Below, piece after piece: positions 1-10,559 of a stretch of 64,000 bases of DNA. The stretch is from assembly GCA_023213395.1 (NCBI GenBank), contig CM041465.1:192207741-192271740 (forward strand), read 5' to 3'. Within the stretch, counting starts at the first letter, position 1. Every line of letters starts with the position of its first letter. The stretch is from Cycas panzhihuaensis (lineage: Eukaryota > Plantae > Cycadophyta). A program made the position numbers and the translations under genes. Under the pieces are notes generated by a model. The model had not been told where the DNA came from. It worked only from the letters and a program-made list of their open reading frames with translations, and ran no database searches.

Positions 1-485
1 CAAGCAAGCAAGTGAAGTACAAGAGATCTAAACCAATCTTCTTCCTTTTCTTTTTCACCAAACAACATTCCAATGAGGGAAAGGGGGTTAAAGAGAGAAA
101 AGTTAGAAAAAGAGAGGTGTTCCTGGAATCCGGTGGCCGAAGTAGCGCTACCATTTCTATGTTTACGATCCTTATCCTTCTTTAGCCATGGATGGCACAA
201 CGAAAATAGTGCTGGCGAAGAAGGAGGCTTCCTTACCTTCCCCAAAAATAAAAATGGAACTCAAAGGAAATGCAACACAAGGAAATATAAAGATGATTGC
301 AACTCTATTTTATAACTTTGAAAGCAAAAGAAAGTAGCCGTTGAAAGGAGGGGCACATATCTGGAATGGAAACTCCTTCTTCCTCAAGAACGCAATGGGA
401 AAACCTACAACCAAACGAGATTTACCCTTTCCTAAGGGGCATCAAACATATGCGGGACAAGTATGCAATATGGAAAGTAACTATC

Positions 486-873
486 TGTAGGAAAATAATA
501 TGATGGAAAACATGGCAAAACATAAACAAATAATCATTGATCAATACATCATTGTTGCATAAACACAAGAGCTTTTGTATTCAATCCAGTTTTATAGAGA
601 GAGCATTACAAATGTCCAATAGTAGGTGGTGTCTAAAGACATCAGTGTTGCACACCCCTCAAAATATATAGTTGGGGGGAGAAGGGAAACTACTCAACCC
701 CTAAAATTTAAATAACAATAAAATAATAACTTAACTCAAATAAACTTAAATCAAATCAACCTTATCTTATACTTACCTACACATGCGAACACCCACATGT
801 GTAAATTGATGAAAGTGCGGTGTGCACTCCTAGTTGGAAGGTGGGAGTGGGGTGATGAGCATTAACCCCAACA
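486..873 (-). repeat. 3' LTR of element 486-6238
   Basis: Collinear with 5846-6238; abuts PPT. Confidence 0.95.
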
Positions 874-884
874 TTCTCCCCCTT

Positions 885-1592
885 AATGGTCATCACGAAC
901 AATGTCTTCTTTTTAAACTTGTGGAATTTGTACTTAAAAAAAAAAAAAATCCTTTTGGCTTGATCATTATCAACTTGCTTCATCATTTCTACAACGTGTG
1001 TATCTTTGCCATTGAGTGGTGTACAAAAGCTGTAAGTAAATGAAGTTTGATTCAAATGTGGAGGTGTGGATGCAACTTTGACTTTGTTAACTGGAACTTT
1101 AAGAAAACTTTAAACTTGAACTTTGTCTTCTGAAAACTTTGTGTTATGAACAACAGTCATATCATCATATCTCTCCCCCTCAAATGAAAGATCAAGTTCT
1201 TGTGCAACAAGATGATTATGCGTTTGATTTGAATCTTCCTTAGCCTTTTCGTGACAATCCACATGTTCTGGCACCTGTCTCATATGCTCAACATCAATGT
1301 TAAATTCATTGAGGGTATCTCCCCCATAAGTAGAAATCAAAATGTCCCACACGGATTTAGAAGTTGTTAGTTCACAAACTTTAAAAAATGCATCATCATT
1401 TATAGTGTAAAATATTAAAGCTAGGGCTTCATTGTCTTTTTTAATATTTTTCTTAATATTAACATCATATTCATCTTGTAAGTAGTTCTAAAGATCATGT
1501 GTAATAAAATAATTTTACATAGTTTTATGCCATAGTGAAAAATTATGGCCATCAAATATAGGAAATTATACTTGATCAAGATTGATTACCAT
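885..1592 (-). pseudogene. gag: Copia gag N-terminal half (DUF4219/UBN2-like) running into a Copia pol C-terminus-like tail
   Basis: ATG at 1592; FPIFDGHNFSLWHKTM.NYFITHDL.NYLQ...TTSKSVWDILISTYGG with in-frame stops; ends DQAKRIF...FHKFK...MTIKGEN across the PPT. Confidence 0.85.
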
Positions 1593-2740
1593 TTTACTGA
1601 GAACTTTAGTACATAAAAAAGAATATGTTTTTACCAAGTCAAAAAACTTAATAAATCAACAAATATGACTAACTTATAAGATATAATTTCAGATAAAATT
1701 TGAAATAAGTTGCAGATGCAATTGGCTTATCACTTGCTTGATGATTAATTTCTATTAGGATATACTTAAATGCTCAAGTTTAACAGCTTTAAAGTTATAC
1801 TAAACAAAGTCAGAATAAAGTGAAATTATACCAGTATGAAGATCAACGAAAGAACTATTCAATGGAACTAACCATTTTGAAAATGAGTTCCTACAAATCA
1901 ATATTAAAGGAACCGAAGATACAATCATCTTTTTTAGGCCTAACGAGAGCCTGAGGCTTAAAATATTATAAAAAGGCCAATAAAAGACTTATAGAATATT
2001 GTAAAATGATCAATTATAGTTTAGAAGGTTGCTCAATATACTTTTCAATTGAAAACTTTGAGAAATAATATATAAAAAATGTGTAATAATGGCAGATTTG
2101 AGGCTATTATGTACATCGACTTTCATGGATTTGAAAATATGTAAAAATACTTTAAAACTTATAAAAAATAGTGTCAGTTCGAAGAGGAGTGAGTCAGCTT
2201 CCTAACGAAACTGATGGATCTAAATTTTGATATAAAACAGAAAAGTTATACTAGAAATGACAACAAATACTTTTATGGTAAAATATTTAAAAAGTGCTAA
2301 AAAACATTAAAGTGTCACTTTCGGTGATTAAAATAATTATTAAAATAAATATAAAAAAATAAAATAAATAGATGGTGATGAAGTTTGCTGATAATAGATT
2401 GCTATAGAATAGATTTGGGTAGAAAATAATCATCCGGTGATAAAATATAATCTAATAAAAAAGAGTTTTTATGAAAATAGTTTGAAATGGCTTTAAAAAT
2501 AAATGACTGACTTTAAACTATCTGAAATTGGGTCAAATTGGCTCCAAATAGGTCATATGATCAGTCAAAATCATACCTCAAAAAATTCTGGAAGCAATGG
2601 GATAAGTTTCGTCAAAAATTGATGACTCAATAAAAAGATATGGTAAAAATTTTCTAGGTACCCTATATGAAATGAAAAAATGAAAAAAAGAAAAAGAAAA
2701 AATTTTATAAAAGTTGTTGACCCCTTTAAAGATAAGTTAT

Positions 2741-3200
2741 GGTCACGTGGAGAGGTCACGGGGCTGGGGGCTAAATGCCAAAGGGGGCTTAAGCCTTTAA
2801 AACCCCAGAATTCAAATTTTATATAATACAAATAAATTTTTTAAACTTTATAAAATAAAAAATATGAAAAAATAAAAAAATGTTCAATTTTTTTTGGAAA
2901 GTGCGCTACGTCGCCCCGCTGTCACCGTCCGCCCTGAGTGCCTCCATTGCCTAAGAGGTAATTTTTTGGGGCCAAAATTGGGTGGAAAAGTTGAGGATGA
3001 GCAAGTAGCAAAGAGGACATTTAACAACACAGACAAATGATGAGTCTATTTACTAAACCGTTAGTCTTTTTGTAGCCAATTCTGGCATTACAATTGATTG
3101 AAAATGCTTTATCAAAGATATTTGTTTCTTTCCCTTTGGTCTGGCTTCACTCTGTATTATATTAATTATCGGTTAGATAAATCTATTGGGAGTGTTACAG
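2741..3200 (+). promoter_or_regulatory. Putative internal antisense promoter, non-coding first exon and intron upstream of the cargo
   Basis: G-box CACGTG 2744-2749, TATATAA 2820-2826, CpG-rich 2900-2940, donor AG|GTAATT at 2958, acceptors TTTTTGTAG (3075) and TGTTACAG (3200), ATG 3222. Confidence 0.4.
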
Positions 3201-3221
3201 TTGCATTATCAGAGACTGACA

Positions 3222-3617
3222 ATGGCGCCTCTTCTTCGAGTCTTATTAGAGGTCCACACGGCTGTTGTCGTTATACTTTCGCTAGGAGGTGGGGTAAGGG
3301 GAACTACGTTCACACTGTTAAACAAATGCGGGTACACCATCTGGCCTATTCTAATAGGGAGTGGAGGAGGAGTATTGGAGGGAGGGGGTTTCGCTCTAAG
3401 CCTCAGACAATCCCTCGGAGTAACCGTATCAGAGAACTGGTCGGGTCATTTCTAGGGTAGAACGGGGTGCAATTTTTATGCATCCAGAGCGGGGCCCTGC
3501 GAAACAAGAGACTATGGAAACATCTTGAAATGCAACAATGCTGGGGGGGTTCCTCTGGTTACTTTGGCGGAGTTCACACTGGGTGACAAGGATTTCTACA
3601 ATGTGTGCCTCATTGAG
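3222..3617 (+). pseudogene. Thaumatin-like protein (PR-5) fragment: signal peptide plus N-terminal half
   Basis: MAPLLRVLLEVHTAVVVILSLGGGVRG-TTFTLLNKCGYTIWP...GGGFAL...NWSGHF*GRTGCNF...GPCETRDYG..LKC...GGVPLVTLAEFTLGDKDFYNVCLIE matches the thaumatin motifs NxCxYTVWP, WSGRFWGRTGC, CxTGDCG, TLAEFTL, DFYDVSLVD; TGG>TAG at 3453. Confidence 0.93.
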
Positions 3618-3784
3618 AAAGGCGCAAGACACAGGATCAAATCCCTAAAACTGTTATCCAATGTACACCGACACTGGCATATACACACAGTTGACTCCTA
3701 TCAAGATCCACAAAGCACATCACAAATGCATTGCCAGTTTTGTCAATAGAGCATTATGTTGGGTACACTGTTTCGTCGAGACTA

Positions 3785-4210
3785 TTAAGAAGAAGTGAGG
3801 AGCTTTTAGTAGCAGCTAAATTTAGAAGGCCATTTCGCAAAGAGTCGCTTCAAGCTTCGGGAGAGCCAAAGAGGCTAACTACTAATGATGCTTTAGCCTA
3901 TCTCAAGGCTATCAAAGAGATGTTCCAGGATAACAAAGAGAAATATGATGAGTTTCTTGAAGTCATGAAAGATTTTAAGTTTCAAATATACAACTGGTGT
4001 TATTGCCAGAGTGAAAGATTTATTTATGGGCCATCGTGCTCTTATTTTGGACTTTAGTAATTTCCTGCCAAAAGCTATGAAATTACACTTCCACTTGAGG
4101 ATGATCGTCTCCCAAAGAAATATCCAGTTGAGCTAGACCAAGCTATCAATTATGTTAACAAAATCAAGAAACGGCTTTGAAATGATGAACAAGTATACAA
4201 AGCCTTTTTT
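3785..4210 (+). pseudogene. SIN3-like (SNL): SIN3-like co-repressor fragment (N-terminus, PAH1, start of PAH2), no introns
   Basis: [37 protein letters not shown] / [28 protein letters not shown] / [43 protein letters not shown]; frameshifts near 3990 and 4072, stop at 4178. Confidence 0.93.
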
Positions 4211-5240
4211 GGAGCTTCAACTTGAGCGCATGGTTTTCAGATATAAAGCACTATATCCAAAGATGAGATTCTCAACATTTAATGATTTCTTAAATAATGA
4301 TGCAAGCGTTACAAACAGAATATGATCTTCATAATACTTTTTGTTTATATTATATTTTTTATCGTTTGTCTAACATTGTATTTTTAATCATATGTGAAAG
4401 ATATGGTATCCATATAGTAGTTGTTATTTCATTGACTTAATAGCATTCTATTATTTCAAAGGACCTTCAAATTTTTGAGATACTTATGATAACGGTTGCA
4501 AAGATAAATTTTAGGGATTATTTCAAAGAAAAATACAATACTTTGACTTGTTTTAAAAGTAAGAAAATAAGACTTGCTTGACTTACCGGAGTACCAATTT
4601 ACTAGTATCAATACTGTAATGTATTACAGTCCCACTATTGTGGAGTTGGCTGGTTTTGTTTCAAATAAAAATAACTTTGTTTCTTTCCTTAATAGTTGTA
4701 GGAATAAATGCAGTTTATTCTTATAAGCTTATTCTAAAATAAGGAAAGATGACAAAAAAAAATGTTGAGTTTTTTTTCCTTTTTTTTAGTTGAAAAAGAA
4801 TATTTATATCACAGAAGAGATATTTCAAAAACTTTTTTATATTTATATAGAAAACCATGAAAAACTGGTGATTTAGTGGAGCCACAAATGAAACCAGAAA
4901 AATTTTCAAATATATTAACAGAAATATATCAAATAAATGAAATGCATATATATTGGAGTAGATGTATCAAAGAATCAAGAAATATATTTAAATTTAAATA
5001 GAATATGAAGAACCTGATAAACAGCTGTGGTAGATTTGTAGCAGAAAATAGACCTCCAAAGATGAGATCTTCTTCGACACAAGTCGAAGCTTCAAACAGA
5101 TTTCTCCAGTAGGTATATCTGCTATAATATATGGCTCGTTAGGCTGAATATGTCCCAAAAACTTATAGATCTAAAAAAGAACTTGAAAAAATTGTCAAAT
5201 ATGTGATAAAATATATAAATCTAAAAGAAAACTTTAATAA

Positions 5241-5360
5241 ATATTGCAGATATAAAGTAACTATTGCAGATCTAAAGTAAATATTACAGATCTGTAGCTA
5301 ATATTACAGATATGAAGTAAGTATTGCAAATCTAAAATAAATATTATAGATATAAATAAA
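5241..5360. repeat. ~20-bp degenerate tandem repeat (~6 units) in the element leader
   Basis: Units like ATATTGCAGATCTAAAGTAA. Confidence 0.75.
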
Positions 5361-5845
5361 ATAAACTAGAAAAATGGTCAAATATTTGTTAAAATAAGTA
5401 GATATGAAGAATATATGGTAGATCTGAAGAAAACTTTGAATAAATATTGCTTGCAGTTGTGCTCCTGCACAGATCTGAAAGAAGTATTAGATAATTAAAC
5501 AAAATATGCTTGAAGAATGTCAAATATTTGATAAAAATATATAAAAGTTGTTGATAAAACCTCTGTAGAGTGATATAAACTTGATATTTACTGTTTGTAG
5601 CTATACACCTGTACAAATCTGAAATATGTTTGTTATATCACGAGTATATCTTCAAGAATAATTAGATCTTTAGTAAAAAATACAAGAAACTTCTAATAAA
5701 CTTTTCAGAAAATGAATATAACCAATCTTTCTTGTTGTGAGTAAATCTGCCTAAAAGATGCTAGTAGATCTTCTTGCTCTTCAAAAACTTCAAATGGAGA
5801 TGCAATAGCCCAACAACCTTTGGCAACCTTTGCTCTGATACTAAA

Positions 5846-6238
5846 TGTAGGAAAATAATATAATGGAAAACATGGCAGAACATAAACAAATAATCATTGA
5901 TCAATACATCATTATTGCATAAACATAAGAGCTTTTGTATTCAATCCATTTTTGTAGAGAGAGCATTACAAATGTCCAATAGTAAGCGATGTCTAAAGAC
6001 AGCAGGGTTGCACACCTCTTAAAATATATAGTTTGTAGGAGGAGAGAAACTCTTCAACCTCTAAATTTTAAATAACAATAAAATAATAATTTAACTTAAC
6101 TCAAATTAACTTAAATCAAATCAACCTTACCTTATACTTACCTATACATGTGAGCACCCACATGTGTAAATTAATGAGAGTGAGGTTTGCACTCCTAATT
6201 AGAAGGTAGAAGTGGGGTGATGAGCATTAACCCCAACA
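5846..6238 (-). repeat. 5' LTR of element 486-6238
   Basis: Collinear with 486-873; abuts PBS. Confidence 0.95.
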
Positions 6239-9200
6239 CTATCTTAATTAAAAGAAATATATTCACCACCAATATCACTCTTTGCACCTTGTATGTTATT
6301 TAGTATGCAATGCAGAAAAAAGTGGAAAAGAGAGGGAAGGAGGGTGGCTAACCTTGGAATGGCTAACCCTCCAAGTCAAAAGTGCTCCACGCTGCCCCCA
6401 AGTACCAGGATGAAAGGTGAGACAAATGCAACAAGCTTCTAGAAGTGCAAGCAAAGAAACGACAAACAATGTTGTAAATGTTGTCAAAGTTACAAAAGCT
6501 GCAACATGCAACTTTTACAAGTTCTACAAGGTTCTAACCAAGTAACACAGGAGAATATGGAATGGGGGGTGGAACCCCGCCCATGTAGGATATGTTGGGC
6601 TGGTTGCAGGTGCAACAATAGGCTACCTACGTTGCTACCAGTGATGATCTATCTTTTAATAGCCCTTTGGGAACTCAAGGAAGGTACAGAGAAGGGAGAG
6701 GTGAGGAGAGAAGGCAGTTGCACTTAAGGAGAAGGCTCATTGGGTGCAAGACCCCACCTTTAGCTCCTTTCACTCTCTGTAAGTGCCTCTCTCTTGCTGC
6801 CTCCTTGAAGAAACCAAGAAGGAGTCAAGGGAAGGAAAAGACATGCAAAAGAGGGGAGGGTTTGCCTCCCGTTTATAGTAGAAAGAAGGGGGGAAATTAG
6901 TGTAAAAAGTATTGACAAGTAGTACTTATATTGCCTAAATAAAGTAAAGCAAAGAGTGGACTTAGAGGTACCTACTACGAGTGGATCTGAGGTAGACCCA
7001 CCTATGAAATTGGATAGAGAAGCAAACCCTTTGGGGTTTACAGGTGAAAACCCCAAATGAAGCAGCAAGCAGGAAGAAAACTGGAGCAAGAAAGATAGCT
7101 AAAACTTGATGGAGTGTTTAGAGCATGACCTTCTCCTAGCTAGCTATGTTGCAGGCCTATAATCGTGTGTCTGGAGCTGTAAGAGGCTGGCAACTGGTTG
7201 AGAAGCAGACGTAGCAAATTTAGTCCTGTTTGTAGGGCATTTTTAGAGGAAGTAGTGGAAAAAATCAGTGAGAGAGAGATGAAATGAGGGGATTTTTGGG
7301 TTTTTAAACCCAACCCTAGCTCAATCGAGCGATTAGGGTTCGATCTGGGCCAGGGATAAGTTGATGCAATGTAGCAATTTCACAATAAATGCAAAATTAG
7401 CCACAGGTAATTTAAAAAAATAAATATAGACAATTGCCCCGTGGTAAACTTAGCGGTGTCGCAAAGTTTGCAGCGGTACTACGAAGTTTAATGCAGTGCA
7501 ACAGACACATAGAAAAAGGCAAAGGAAGATGAGCCCGAAATCTCTAAAAGAGGGGAAACTTGGGCCCCAAAAAACACAATACTCTGTCCAAGTGGTAACA
7601 AGGAGCTGTGGGGCATAAGGAGGTCACAACGGACAAGTAAATAGAGGCGACAGGTTCCCCAAAAAATAACAAATGGACTGGGGACGACAACTAAACCTAG
7701 GCAAGGTGCCATGGGTCATGATGCACTGACAAGTGATGTAATCAGGCTACGAAAGTTGAACGGTACTTGGGGACGTTGTGGAGGCATAAAAGAGGGTTGT
7801 GGAGTGCCATGGGATATGCATCCCCAGATTGTCATAGGCTAAAAGTGTTGTGATGCAATATAGTCACACAACAAATGCATAGTGGTCATGCAATGAGTCA
7901 ATCATCGTGTGATGTAGATGAAGTGTTTCAACCTACCTTTCCTAGAACTAATAAAGGCAAGGGATAGAAGCATACCTATACTTACCTGAGTCAACTTGCC
8001 CAAGCCCATTCCTGGTAGCCGAGAAACAAGTTGTAAGTGGTCTTTCCAAAGGCCTTTATATTTTGCAGTATTTTTTACTTCAGTGAATTATAAGTCCCAA
8101 TTTTCTTTGTCTTTTAATATGTAGTTGACATTCTACTTAAATTATGATGATATGGTAAAGATGAGAAAGAAGCAGAAGAGAAGATGAATGTGTTGGCCAC
8201 TAACATGTGTGGCTAGTACACCTAGCATAGTAGGGATATGTGAATGAATTCTTATGATGAGAAGGAAGCAAGTAATGAAGAATGGCCATTAACACTTATG
8301 GCAATTACTCCTGACGTAGCAGGTTTTCTAATACAATAAATGATGTAGAAGCATAATCAATCACTGATGATGAATTATGTACAAGTGATCACGCAAGAAT
8401 GTAGCTTAAGGCAAAGAGTAGTGTATGATGTGTTAACCACTTACCTCAATCTTGTGTCCTAATGTAGTTGAGGTGTTTGATATGACACCTAAGACTTCTA
8501 GTATAACAAATTAGGGCCTTCACTCATGACATACGCACCTATGCTTGGTGTTATAATCCAAGGCATAATAGAGCCCAGGTATTACCAGTCCTCACCTAGT
8601 TCACCTCTAAGTGGTGATACACCTCCTTCAAAGAGTCAAATGGTACTGCACACCCAAGGTTATGATGGATATCAGACCATCTAAATTTTATCTTGCATTA
8701 AGATTTTAGTTGTCTAGACTGGTTATCAAGATGATCCCTTATTGGAGCCCATAGGTATGGCTAACCTATCACTCTACTAGTATATCGATTAAGTCCAGAC
8801 CCACCTTGAAACCCACACCTCCTTTACAACATCGAATTCTGTCCTATGAATAAGCCCAAGATAACAGAAAAAATGTACGAAATGTGTTCATTTTAAGGGA
8901 AATGTTTAATGAATGTTATTGAGTACATGTTATTGAAGAATTAAAACCGAAACAACGAATGTGTGCTTCTCTTTTACTTGCTTTTGTGCTTATGTGTCCA
9001 CCTTTATCCTAAAGAGTGCTAATCAAATGAGTATGTCAATATAAGAATCATGCAAGATGCTAAGTAAAAACATAGGATATTGCTTCGATCTAAGTGTTTT
9101 ATTGTTACAATGAGGTTTTGCTTAAAAATGTTTGAAAAATATCTGAAAACCCCCTTTTTTTCTTTGTAATTTTTATGAAGAAAGGGGAAAAAAGGAAAAT

Positions 9201-10194
9201 ACTCTAAAATGTTTTACAAAAACTAAATTTTAGCCAAAAGAGAAAATGTTAGTAATGATGTAAGAAACCTACATATGGTAACAAAAACTCTTGTACGGTC
9301 GTACAACCATACGAAATGGCTGAAACATTTTGGCTTAAAACTTCACCATACTAAATGATAGATAAAGTTCAAATGTTCAACTTTTGCTAAAGAAGCATTG
9401 CTTAAAACTCATTCGAAATGCCTCGAAACTCGTTGAAACTCCTATGAAACCTCTTAGGGATAAAACTAATTTTTCACCGATATCTTCAAAAATACTCAAT
9501 GAAATTTAATGAAACTAGATTCAATTGATTTCTGATGTGAAAATCTACTGAATCCCTCAAGAAATTTTGACTAAAAGTTATAAGATTCAAATAATTTCTC
9601 AAAAAACCCTCAATTGGGACTATAGTCATACTACTGTGATTTGGAGGCTTTTGGGGCCAAATTAGAGATCGACCCAGAAGACAAAAATGCTCCACATGGT
9701 TGGGTGACCCTCCCTATGAATTTTTAGCTAATTCTGGTAACTTTTATTTTATTTTTTTTATGTTTCTCGAGGGAACGACCATACTTCTGTAATTTGGAGG
9801 CTTTCGATAGCCTAATTAGTCAGCACTATGACTATTGTATCACTGTTCTGCAACCTGCAAGTAGTCAGACTTTGCTCCAACAACTTTACTACATCATCTC
9901 ACCTTCTGGCTATCAGATTTTTGAAAAAACTTCATTAGAAGCTCTCCTTGTAGACTCCAAAAGTTCTTACAAAAGATTTTTAAAGCCAGGTAGACTACTT
10001 CTAAGGAGTAGATTTGATCCTCATAAAAGCTGCAGATGAATAGAGGATATAAATATATTTTGCAAATGCAAATCAAATGAAAAATCTCCCTTAAATTTAA
10101 AATATAAATGTAATCTCTATACTTCACATGGAAAGTGAAAGAGAGGCAAAAAATCATTCCTTGCTAGTGGAATAGAGTGAGAAGATCCCCCATG

Positions 10195-10516
10195 GCTTTG
10201 ATACCACATGAAGGAGGGGGTAATATGGGTCTAGTGCTCAAATCACTCACACTCACACATTGGCAAAGAAGAATAAAGAATGAAGAGAGCAAGAATAGAG
10301 AGCAAAGTTAGAGGTGAGAATAAAATTATTCCACTCCATATAATTTTGTTATTTATAATTGAGAGTTAAGAGTTTTCCCTCCAAGTGACATGAACCCGAA
10401 ATTACATTCAAATGCACATGAAATGCAATTTATTTAAGTGACTTTCACTAACTCTATTCCTATAGTCACTTTAGTTATTCATTAATGATCTTATAACATT
10501 AATCTCTTTTATAACA
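10195..10516 (-). mobile_element. 5' LTR (~10209-10516) plus tRNA-iMet PBS of a minus-strand element (E); partner LTR not seen in window
   Basis: PBS 10195-10206 (minus TGGTATCAAAGC); TGAAGG...ATAACA termini; Gypsy D gag sequence starts right after 10516. Confidence 0.6.
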
Positions 10517-10559
10517 CTAAAGCAACTATAAAAAGGATAGAAATATAAAAAAGGAAGGA

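Larger units (their letters stand above)
486..6238 (-). mobile_element. Non-autonomous gag-only (TR-GAG-like) Ty1/Copia LTR element carrying captured host-gene fragments
   Basis: Direct repeats 486-873 and 5846-6238 (TG...CA); perfect TSD CTATC at 481-485 and 6239-6243; degenerate tRNA-iMet PBS 5832-5845 (minus TTTAGTATCAGAGC); PPT 874-886 (minus TTAAGGGGGAGAA); gag remnant present, no protease/INT/RT. Confidence 0.95.

Noticed and set aside
73-315. 80-aa ORF, and the short ORFs at 6296-7712 and 9486-10157
   Set aside because: No recognisable motifs or splice context; chance ORFs in repeat DNA
3098-3460. 120-aa ORF as an independent gene
   Set aside because: Alternative frame over the thaumatin fragment; the frame starting at 3222 carries the family motifs
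3222-4210. Functional thaumatin-SIN3 fusion protein
   Set aside because: Stops at 3453, 3747 and 4178 and two frameshifts; this copy cannot encode it
1800-5400. Helitron or Pack-MULE as the cargo carrier
   Set aside because: I found no TIRs, 8-11-bp TSD, or hairpin plus CTRR terminus around the cargo; not formally excluded
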